From the IMG/VR virus record IMGVR_UViG_3300026522_000021: a stretch of DNA of 64,000 bases. The stretch is one strand, 5' to 3'. This document shows positions 11,162 through 18,193 of the stretch, piece by piece. The DNA is from a virus. Lineage: Duplodnaviria > Caudoviricetes. Within the stretch, counting starts at the first letter, position 1, and every line of letters starts with the position of its first letter. Both the position numbers and the translations under genes were made by a program. Below the pieces are notes generated by a model. That model had not been told where the DNA came from and ran no database searches. It was given only the letters and a program-made list of their open reading frames with translations.

Positions 11162-11368
11162 TGTCCGCATTGACTCGTCCTGTTCTCAGCCCCAACAACC
11201 AGACCACCATCACGCACTATGGGCAGAACCAATCAACCGATATTCTATTACGTTGTTGCGTTCGTAATATATTAGTAAATTCTGGTGCGTCAGTCATCAT
11301 AAGTGAATAAGTATATATCATTTCAACTTATTCCATCCTTGTTTACGGATGCTTTACTTATTTCTGAT

Positions 11369-11449
11369 TGCGATGATTTGGATTCGAACCAATACCTCGC
11401 CCACGTTTCCCATGTCTACAGGCGTATGCTACCTTTTACAACACACCGC
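11369..11449 (-). ncRNA. tRNA-like RNA with expanded anticodon arm
   Basis: GCGGTG/CATCGC acceptor, GGTTCGAATCC T-arm; CGCC/GGCG stem encloses TGTAGA plus a CATG-GGAAA-CGTG hairpin. Confidence 0.6.
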
Positions 11450-11583
11450 TTTTCAGTTATTCCATACCTTTACATCTGTACTATGGTTAGCTACACCATC
11501 GCCACCCTCACACTTTTGTTAATCTTTCCCTTAATGCTATTCTCTGGATAACTTTTCTGAATTATTCGCGATATAATTCATAG

Positions 11584-11665
11584 TGCTTGCGGAGGGAGTC
11601 GAACCCTCAATCCGTCTGGCGTGTGAGCTTAAATCACATGTGTATTCCATTTCCACCACGCAAGC
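11584..11665 (-). tRNA. tRNA-Leu(TAA)
   Basis: GCTTGCG stem, TT-TAA-GC loop, long variable arm, GGTTCGACTCC. Confidence 0.88.
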
Positions 11666-11705
11666 ATGTGTGTAAAGACCCTTACAATAAACTTTACACG
11701 TATTT

Positions 11706-11807
11706 TGTTTAGCGACCTCAAGAAAGTAAACCAAATGACAACATACACACTGAAACACAAAGCACAAATCTATTTATAGGAGGAGATACCACTATGGCGC
11801 TAAAACA
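11706..11807 (-). ncRNA. Putative antisense sRNA complementary to the shared early-gene leader and RBS
   Basis: Terminal stem TGTTTTAGCG/CGCTAAACA; loop contains CAT..CTCCTCCT..TTTGTGCTTTGTGT..GTGTATGTTGT..GTTTACTT. Confidence 0.55.
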
Positions 11808-11824
11808 GGTTTTAGAAATCTTAA

Positions 11825-11952
11825 CAGCGAGGACAGGACTCGAACCTGTAACCTACGGCTTCCTGAATGCGTAACGTTAAAATTGCTGCGCGTATCTAAT
11901 ACAAGATACGTTGTTTGTTTTTACGTTGCTCTGCCAGTTGAGCTACCTCGCT
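11825..11952 (-). ncRNA. ACAGCAA-motif RNA 2 (tRNA-scaffold chimera)
   Basis: AGCGAGG acceptor, canonical D- and T-arms; insert hairpin CGTATCT/AGATACG followed by CGCAGCAA. Confidence 0.8.
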
Positions 11953-12022
11953 GATGTTGTGGATGTGGCAATGGAAAACCAAGGCAAGAACCCACATCCA
12001 CTAATATGAGTGTTCTGAAAAC

Positions 12023-12088
12023 TAAGCGCATATAAAACTTTATCAATGACTGTCAGAAAAAGATTTTATAGTTTGCTGTTCGCGCTTA
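12023..12088 (-). ncRNA. ACAGCAA-motif RNA 3 (terminal-stem type)
   Basis: TAAGCGC-GA-ACAGCAA...GCGCTTA; directly downstream of the DUF2828 gene. Confidence 0.7.
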
Positions 12089-12098
12089 AATCTATGAT

Positions 12099-13598
12099 TT
12101 ACAGTAATCCTTCTACGGCTTCTCTTACTTTCGCGTAGCGTTCTCCATTCAGCGTTTCAAGAAGAACTTTGTAAGGATCAACCTGATTGCTCATGAACAT
12201 CTTCAGGATTTGAACCGAAAATCCACTGCAAAGAATAAGCCCCATATCATTCTGTTGCATCGGGATTGTTCCATTCAAGCGACCGCTTAAATTCCAGAAA
12301 CAAATCTTCGGAAGTTTATATCCTGCGTCCTCGAATTCCTGTGCGATTTCATCAAACAGGCTCTTGTTGAGATTGTGTGAACGACCGTCAAACTGCATGT
12401 CGGAACAAATCACGATCATCTTCGGCATATCTTCCGCAGAAGTATGATTTCTCTTTGCTGTTTTCAGGATCAGCATCATAGTCTTATAGATGTTCGTGTT
12501 TGAACAATCGGATTCGCGCAAGGAAAGATCAACTTTATCTGCAAGCGAATCGCAATTTGACAGATCGACAATCTTCGGATTGGATGAGAAGGTAATAAAC
12601 TTATCTTTCCAATCGCCTGTATTGTGTTCTGACATGTAAATTGCAAGTGCGGTTGCTACATCTAAAGGTGTACCACTTCCTGCAAAACTTCCCCATGTCA
12701 TAGAACCAGAACCATCACGAACAATCAGTGTGTTCTCTACAGACAGATCAGGAAGTGCCTTCCACAGCGCTTCGAGCGTTGCATCTTTTCTGCATCTATT
12801 CTGGCGATACTTCAGGCAGATCTCATGCGGATTAAGCGTGCTTGCGTTAATCTTTGCAGTGCCTTTTTCAAGCGATGCAAGATATTCGCGTCTACGATCC
12901 TCATCATTCCGTAAGAATGCGCTATTGTAGATCAGATTAGCTTTAGAAGGCACAGTTTCATAATTGATCTTATCCCATTTCTTAGCACTCATTTTGACCT
13001 CTACAACATCAAGATACTTTCTAAGTTTGGATAAAGTCTTTCTGTACTTCTTCTCTGTCCATCCAAGTTCACGGCAGATTGTTTTAGCTCTGTCAACTGT
13101 TATCTTGGATGATGCATTGACGCTCGGCATCCACTTCGCACACAGAGAAATCGACTTGCCTTCCTTCATGTTGGCTTTATCTTCTTTCAGCTGCGCCTTG
13201 ATTAAAGCGATTGCCTTTCCTCTCGTTCTTTCATCGTCAAGCATAACCATGACGCTATCCCAACGATTATAGAATGGGATAAGATCAATGATAGCCTTTG
13301 CGATCTTCGGCTGTTTTTCTGCAAGATAGCTCAGTCCAGCTCTGAAAGCTTTTCTCTCACCAAGTCCTTCACGGACATCGCCAAGATAGAAAAGATATTC
13401 AAGCGCTGTCAGCTTATCCTCAAAGAAAACTTTCATGAAATCTTCTTTGATCGCTTCAGGAAATCTGTTACGCATAGCAGATACTCCAAAGTTGAAATCA
13501 AGAAGTTTCTTTCCTGCTGTTGCATAGGCGATCGCGCCGTTTGTGGTTACTGATTTGCGAGTGTTCAATTCATTTTGCATTTCATCGAAGAAACTCAT
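12099..13598 (-). CDS. DUF2828-family TROVE/Ro60-like protein with C-terminal vWA domain
   Basis: TTNGAIAY, DVREGLGER, SLCAKWMPS; MIDAS RDGSGSM; SDMQFD; FWNL. Confidence 0.85.
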   Translation of the reverse strand: MSFFDEMQNELNTRKSVTTNGAIAYATAGKKLLDFNFGVSAMRNRFPEAIKEDFMKVFFEDKLTALEYLFYLGDVREGLGERKAFRAGLSYLAEKQPKIAKAIIDLIPFYNRWDSVMVMLDDERTRGKAIALIKAQLKEDKANMKEGKSISLCAKWMPSVNASSKITVDRAKTICRELGWTEKKYRKTLSKLRKYLDVVEVKMSAKKWDKINYETVPSKANLIYNSAFLRNDEDRRREYLASLEKGTAKINASTLNPHEICLKYRQNRCRKDATLEALWKALPDLSVENTLIVRDGSGSMTWGSFAGSGTPLDVATALAIYMSEHNTGDWKDKFITFSSNPKIVDLSNCDSLADKVDLSLRESDCSNTNIYKTMMLILKTAKRNHTSAEDMPKMIVICSDMQFDGRSHNLNKSLFDEIAQEFEDAGYKLPKICFWNLSGRLNGTIPMQQNDMGLILCSGFSVQILKMFMSNQVDPYKVLLETLNGERYAKVREAVEGLL

Positions 13599-13639
13599 AA
13601 TTGCTTTACCTCTCTTTTCTTAATTTGTGGTTGCAATTC

Positions 13640-13704
13640 AAGGCACTGGTTGTGGTTGTAAGATTAAAAGTCTTATCCATAATAGTGGTTGCTGTATGTG
13701 CCTT
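13640..13704 (-). ncRNA. ACAGCAA-motif RNA 4 displaying a Lys(UUU) anticodon stem-loop
   Basis: AAGGCAC-AT-ACAGCAA...TAAGA-CTTTTAA-TCTTA...GTGCCTT. Confidence 0.8.
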
Positions 13705-13712
13705 AAATGTAT

Positions 13713-13830
13713 AGCGCACGATTGGATTCGAACCAATGACAAATTCTTCTGTGTATTAAGTTGCTGATTGCGATTATCGCTAACCGCGTTTAACAAATTA
13801 AAACTGCACTACCAACTGTGCTACGTGCGC
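13713..13830 (-). ncRNA. ACAGCAA-motif RNA 5 (tRNA-scaffold chimera, no anticodon loop)
   Basis: GCGCACG acceptor, D- and T-arms; insert GCGGTTA-GCGA-TAATCGC-AA-TCAGCAA. Confidence 0.8.
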
Positions 13831-13846
13831 CATCCCTTTCGGGAAA

Positions 13847-14002
13847 CAGCAGTGACAGGAATCGAACCTGTGCTTGCAGCTTGACCAAGTAAACTTGCTG
13901 TGTGTTCCTTTAATTCCCCGACTCTAACTCGTCTATGCGGTTACTCTCGGTGGTAACAAGAAACATTTATATGCTGCCGTGTTCCCACTTCACTACACTG
14001 CC
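13847..14002 (-). ncRNA. ACAGCAA-motif RNA 6 (tRNA-scaffold chimera, large insert)
   Basis: GGCAGTG/CACTGCT acceptor; GCAGC/GCTGC stem encloses a TGTTTCTT/AAGGAACA helix followed by CACAGCAA; GGTTCGATTCC. Confidence 0.8.
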
Positions 14003-14005
14003 GCG

Positions 14006-14130
14006 CCCATCGTGAAGGATTCGAACCTTCCCCTCAAGTTTTGCAGACTTGTAATTGATATATAACTTTGCTGTAGGTGTTTACACTAAACACACAATCA
14101 AAAGATATGCTACCTCTACACCAACGATGG
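14006..14130 (-). ncRNA. ACAGCAA-motif RNA 7 (tRNA chimera retaining a Cys(GCA) anticodon arm)
   Basis: CCATCGT acceptor; insert GTGTTTA-GTG-TAAACAC-CT-ACAGCAA; then CAAGT-CTGCAAA-ACTTG; T-arm. Confidence 0.8.
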
Positions 14131-14148
14131 GATATTCAATTTTTAAAC

Positions 14149-14212
14149 AAGACGCTATGATGGTAATATAAGTTAACAGCTTATTCCTTCATATAATTGC
14201 TGTATGCGTCTT
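14149..14212 (-). ncRNA. ACAGCAA-motif RNA 8 displaying an Asn(GUU) anticodon stem-loop
   Basis: AAGACGC-AT-ACAGCAA...ATAAG-CTGTTAA-CTTAT...GCGTCTT. Confidence 0.8.
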
Positions 14213-14225
14213 TCAGTTTTAACAC

Positions 14226-14315
14226 AAGGCACTTTATTTTGATGGACTTGAACCATCTCGCAAAGACTTTGAATGTTTTTACTTTAACCGATGTTAAGTT
14301 TGCTGTATGTGCCTT
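14226..14315 (-). ncRNA. ACAGCAA-motif RNA 9 (motif stem in place of acceptor stem; D-, anticodon- and T-like arms)
   Basis: AAGGCAC-AT-ACAGCAA, ACTT-AACATCGGTTA-AAGT, AAAAC-ATTCAAA-GTCTT, GATGG-TTCAAGT-CCATC, GTGCCTT. Confidence 0.75.
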
Positions 14316-14336
14316 TCTTGTTATCTTGCAATACCT

Positions 14337-14365
14337 ATTATAGCATATCGTTCTCGGCTTTGCAA
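14337..14365 (-). promoter_or_regulatory. sigmaA promoter driving the ACAGCAA-RNA/DUF2828 operon
   Basis: TTGCAA-17-TATAAT with extended TG; about 20 nt upstream of RNA 9. Confidence 0.8.
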
Positions 14366-14478
14366 GTATTATTTTGAATTATTTTTAATGTAGTTTTGAT
14401 TTCTCGCGATCACTACAAGCGCACAGTTTCTTACTTTTTATGATGTTAGTTTAGAACTGCAAAAGCAACCATTCATCG

Positions 14479-14551
14479 TGCGCCAGATGGGACTCGAACC
14501 CATGACTTTTCGATTAAAAGTCGAATACTCTACCATCTGAGTTACTGGCGC
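14479..14551 (-). tRNA. tRNA-Lys(TTT)
   Basis: GCGCCAG stem, TTCGA-CTTTTAA-TCGAA, GGTTCGAGTCC. Confidence 0.93.
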
Positions 14552-14555
14552 GTAA

Positions 14556-14629
14556 CAGGCGCAGTAGGAATTGAACCCACGCTCACGCAGCTTTGGAGGC
14601 TGGTAGACTTCCAATTATCTTATACGCCT
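14556..14629 (-). tRNA. tRNA-Trp(CCA)
   Basis: AGGCGTA stem, CAGC-CTCCAAA-GCTG, GGTTCAATTCC. Confidence 0.85.
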
Positions 14630-14633
14630 TTAG

Positions 14634-14953
14634 TGGAGTAGAGGGGAATCGAACCCCTGTCCAAAACTACTCTATAAATATCCTTTACGCCGTTTGGGTT
14701 TGTACTGATCTGAATTTACAGATTCAACTCCGTCTGTCCACCACCTGTTTCACCGTCTTGTATAACAGGAACTTCAATCAGACATTACTTCGATCTTCAG
14801 CATTGACCGTCTAAAAGAATTACTGAAGATAGATGTGGCTCACGCCGCCATCCGATTTTCTGTATAATCAGCGTTTATATTTAGGTTTGATGATTAAGTC
14901 ATCACTCTGGCGAGATATTTACTTTGTAACCCTGTCGAAACCTTTACTACCCC
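14634..14953 (-). ncRNA. ssrA: tmRNA; predicted tag (A)ADYTENRMAA* at 14872-14840
   Basis: 5' GGGGTAGTAAAGGTTTCGAC, 3' GACAGGGGTTCGATTCCCCTCTACTCCA with G3.U70; ATAAAC-GCT resume context; tag ends in AA. Confidence 0.92.
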
Positions 14954-14961
14954 ATATATAA

Positions 14962-15032
14962 CAGCGGTTGAGGGTAATGCTCCCCCTTGTTCTGGGTCAA
15001 AGCCAGACGTATTACTTTTATACTAAACCGCT
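14962..15032 (-). tRNA. tRNA-Gln(TTG) with non-canonical T-loop
   Basis: AGCGGTT stem, TCTGG-CTTTGAC-CCAGA, T-loop AGCATTA. Confidence 0.8.
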
Positions 15033-15040
15033 AAAACTTC

Positions 15041-15148
15041 TTGCAAAAACAATCTGGTTATGGTAATATAGTAAATGCCATCATTAGTTTGGTGTGCTTT
15101 GTGTATGTGGTAGGGAGTTGGCTTTGTGCCTTCTCCCTATCTTTGTTT
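15041..15148 (+). ncRNA. Promoter-sRNA-terminator unit antisense to the early-gene leader motif
   Basis: TTGCAA-17-TAATAT (15041-15069, extended TG); core GTGTGCTTTGTGTATGTGG; TAGGGAG..CTCCCTA hairpin plus T-rich tail. Confidence 0.6.
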
Positions 15149-15162
15149 CCTTCGACTCTTAT

Positions 15163-15191
15163 AGTGTACCACATGTGAATATATTCGTCAA
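15163..15191 (-). promoter_or_regulatory. sigmaA promoter for the tRNA/tmRNA cluster
   Basis: TTGACG-17-TACACT with extended TG. Confidence 0.7.
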
Positions 15192-15215
15192 GCATTATTT
15201 TGCATTATTTATAAA

Positions 15216-15593
15216 CTAATCACAATAGCCTTTAATTAGCTCTAAACCGTATTTATCCAAGACCTTCTCAACCGCATCCCAATAATATCTTCCACAATCT
15301 TCATTGTCGATAACAAATACATTCTCATATTTCGGTTCTTCTTCGTCAGTCCAGCTGTAAATCTGATAAGGTACATCAATATATTCTTTGATCCTAAAAT
15401 GTCCAACACCGTTTCCAGTTACGTCAGACCAATCAAATTCATCTTCATCTTCATCTTCATCGCTCCAATGTTTATACTCTTCATTCGCCATTTCCAGAAG
15501 AATATCAAGCAACCGTCCGCGTGTAACTTTGTCTCTGGATATAATGAAGCTGCTTGAACTACTGTTGGTTACAAAGTCTCTTCTAATCTTCAT
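15216..15593 (-). CDS. NSSSSS-leader protein 1
   Basis: MKIRRDFVTNSSSSSFII; acidic body. Confidence 0.85.
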   Translation of the reverse strand: MKIRRDFVTNSSSSSFIISRDKVTRGRLLDILLEMANEEYKHWSDEDEDEDEFDWSDVTGNGVGHFRIKEYIDVPYQIYSWTDEEEPKYENVFVIDNEDCGRYYWDAVEKVLDKYGLELIKGYCD

Positions 15594-16177
15594 TAAAATC
15601 TCTCCAATGACTCTTTGAAATCATGATACGTCTTGTACTTTTCTTTCCACGATGCTTGAATATCGCCAAGTTTCAAACCATATTTGTCAACCACATAAGC
15701 GATATACTCATAATCGTATAGCTTACGTCTACGCTTATTCTGCTTTTTAATTTCCTCAAAAACTTCATCCTTCGGATCTTTATACTGTGTTAATAGATAG
15801 CTTGCCATATCATAAGAAGAATACTCTTCAAACTGGCAGATCGGACACAGGCATTCTGGCACTTCATAATATCTTTCTGATCCTAAAAGCGTTTCGAATA
15901 ATTCATCATCATCCATTGCTTCAAGCTCTTCACGAGTATAATGAAGATCATATTCTCTGGTTTCTTCATTCCAATAATCGTTTTTCAAAATTTCATTTAT
16001 TTGTTCTTCGCGTGAAGGGTTGAGCATATGCTCCTGACATAATACATGCCCATTTTCACATTCAAACATATCAAAATCTTCTACACTTGCATCCCATCCA
16101 GAACCTTCAGCGCCGCAAATCTCACATACAAAACTACTGGATGAGCTATTCGTCACAAAGTCTTTTCTAAATTTCAT
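15593..16177 (-). CDS. NSSSSS-leader protein 2 (Cys-rich, probable Zn-binding)
   Basis: MKFRKDFVTNSSSSSFVCEICG..CENGH..CPIC. Confidence 0.85.
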   Translation of the reverse strand: MKFRKDFVTNSSSSSFVCEICGAEGSGWDASVEDFDMFECENGHVLCQEHMLNPSREEQINEILKNDYWNEETREYDLHYTREELEAMDDDELFETLLGSERYYEVPECLCPICQFEEYSSYDMASYLLTQYKDPKDEVFEEIKKQNKRRRKLYDYEYIAYVVDKYGLKLGDIQASWKEKYKTYHDFKESLERF

Positions 16178-16178
16178 A

Positions 16179-16451
16179 TTAACTCCAACTAAATTTTACT
16201 GCCGTTGTTGGCACACCTATCAATTCAAGAAATCTTTGCATATCAAAATTATCTATAATGGTATAACCATGTATAAAATATTCGCCTTCATCTATCTGCC
16301 AGTAATCATCAAGATAATAATCTGGCATTATTTCAGGGGCATAATCTTGATAGTTAAATATCTTTTCCTTTTGTTCATCAGTAATAGCAGACTTCGCTAT
16401 TACGAAACTGCTACTACTGCTATTGGTCACAAAGTCAAATCTTATCTTCAT
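16179..16451 (-). CDS. NSSSSS-leader protein 3
   Basis: MKIRFDFVTNSSSSSFVI; start moved to 16451 by alignment with its paralogues. Confidence 0.85.
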   Translation of the reverse strand: MKIRFDFVTNSSSSSFVIAKSAITDEQKEKIFNYQDYAPEIMPDYYLDDYWQIDEGEYFIHGYTIIDNFDMQRFLELIGVPTTAVKFSWS

Positions 16452-16459
16452 TGTTTCCC

Positions 16460-16927
16460 TCAATGATGACTAAATCTTTGGATAGTGCAATCAAGTCTCG
16501 GCATAATTTCATGCTCCAAATCGCCGTTACAATGGTCATCATATTCTACAAGTGCGAGATAACCAAGTCCTTCGATCTTCTGTTTGAATTCTTCAAACCA
16601 CACATCAAGCCTTTCATTTACAGCCTTATCGAACTCATTTTTGTTTTCTGGCTTCTCAATCCAGTCATAGAAATCATGCCACCCAAGCTTTCTTTCGTAT
16701 TCATGCTCAAGAATATACCTTGCATCCCAATACATTTCATCTTTGAACTCATGCAAAGCTTCTTCTTTTGTAATTTTATTTCTCTTGACATCGTTCAACA
16801 CGGTATCAAATCTTTCGCCTAAGTAAAGCTCGTTTCTAAGTGCTTGCTCAACACTTCCTTCATCTTTAAATCCTACAATAAAACTACTGCTGCTCGAATT
16901 TGTAACATAATCTACTCTAATTTTCAT
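16460..16927 (-). CDS. NSSSSS-leader protein 4
   Basis: MKIRVDYVTNSSSSSFIV. Confidence 0.85.
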   Translation of the reverse strand: MKIRVDYVTNSSSSSFIVGFKDEGSVEQALRNELYLGERFDTVLNDVKRNKITKEEALHEFKDEMYWDARYILEHEYERKLGWHDFYDWIEKPENKNEFDKAVNERLDVWFEEFKQKIEGLGYLALVEYDDHCNGDLEHEIMPRLDCTIQRFSHH

Positions 16928-17352
16928 CAGTCATCTCCAGCAAGAATAATGAAATCATCGGATTTTAATTTTAAAAATAGCTCTCCTCTATAATCATCGT
17001 AAGCTATATCTTTCATTAAAATCTTGTATCCTTCATTCATCTTTTCTACACACTCATCATAAGTATCTCTAACCCAAGGATCATCTTTACATAACTCTTC
17101 AAATGTTTCGCACCCATACCCATAATCTTCAAAGAAATAGCGGCGCAAATCTTCCTTGTTTTCAAAAACTTCACTTTCTGTTGTTTCGTATGAGCCTCCG
17201 CTGCCCATCACAGCTTCTTTCACTATTCCCTGATACACTTCAAGAAATGGATATTTCTTCAATGTATCATTATCAATTTCTGGCAAACCTTTAAATGCTA
17301 CAATAAAGCTACTGCTGCTTGAATTCGTAACAAAATCATTTCTTATTTTCAT
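16927..17352 (-). CDS. NSSSSS-leader protein 5
   Basis: MKIRNDFVTNSSSSSFIV. Confidence 0.85.
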   Translation of the reverse strand: MKIRNDFVTNSSSSSFIVAFKGLPEIDNDTLKKYPFLEVYQGIVKEAVMGSGGSYETTESEVFENKEDLRRYFFEDYGYGCETFEELCKDDPWVRDTYDECVEKMNEGYKILMKDIAYDDYRGELFLKLKSDDFIILAGDD

Positions 17353-17860
17353 TTCCTACTATATTCCTCCCAATCAGAAAGAATTGCCATGACTAACAAA
17401 AATATATCAAGTATAAACCCACATCCCAAGATAAGCATAAACACAGCTAATAAAACTGTTGCCATTGTTACAACCCACCAATCTTTATCATGTGTTTGCC
17501 ACTGGAATTCCTATAGACTCACTTACCAGACCTTTTGATTTCGTTTAAATATCTATAGTATTCCTGAACGTTTCCATGTGACCAATAATCATCAAGTATT
17601 TCTTCCTGTTTCTTTGTATCAAATATTCCACCGAAAAGCTCATCTAATACGTCATTTCCAAATAAGCCCATATCATTCACCGTCATATGGCTCTGATAGA
17701 TTGCGCCACGCCACGACATTCAATCCCTTTTCTTTGTTGATATTAAAGCCGAACAGATTATTAGGATTATAAATGTCGTGAATTACACATCTTTCTCCTG
17801 TCGCTTTATCTTCTACCGTCACTTCATATACATTTTCTTCTCTTGGATTTCCGTCATCCT

Positions 17861-18193
17861 TTACGGATCTCCATACCTCATCCTGAAATGTTTTGTATCA
17901 TCTGCGTTAATATAATACATAAACAATCTATAGAAATCCCCATATTCATCTCCTGCCATACCGATATAAAAATTCCAGTCATCAATCGTTAAGTCAGGAT
18001 CATAATCAAAGTTGTCTTTGATTTCTTCGATTGCCTCTTGTGTAGTCAGACCATAATGCTCCGAGTATCTTTTGATTATATCCATGTTGCTTTCAATTAA
18101 ATTATTTAATTCTTCTTCGCTAAAATCTTTATGCAAAGCAACAATGTATGAACTCGAAGAACTGTTTGTCACAAAATCTTGTCTTATCTTCAT
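17861..18193 (-). CDS. NSSSSS-leader protein 6
   Basis: MKIRQDFVTNSSSSSYIV. Confidence 0.85.
   Translation of the reverse strand: MKIRQDFVTNSSSSSYIVALHKDFSEEELNNLIESNMDIIKRYSEHYGLTTQEAIEEIKDNFDYDPDLTIDDWNFYIGMAGDEYGDFYRLFMYYINADDTKHFRMRYGDP

Noticed and set aside
11825-14130. Group I or archaeal-type introns in tRNAs
   Set aside because: Inserts of roughly 45-85 nt are too short for group I introns, lack an evident bulge-helix-bulge, and removing them mostly does not restore an anticodon arm.
13640-14315. CRISPR array (recurrent TTGCTGTATG(C/T)G(C/T)CTT on the + strand)
   Set aside because: Repeats are short, variable and irregularly spaced, pair with distal complements as RNA stems, and no cas genes are present.
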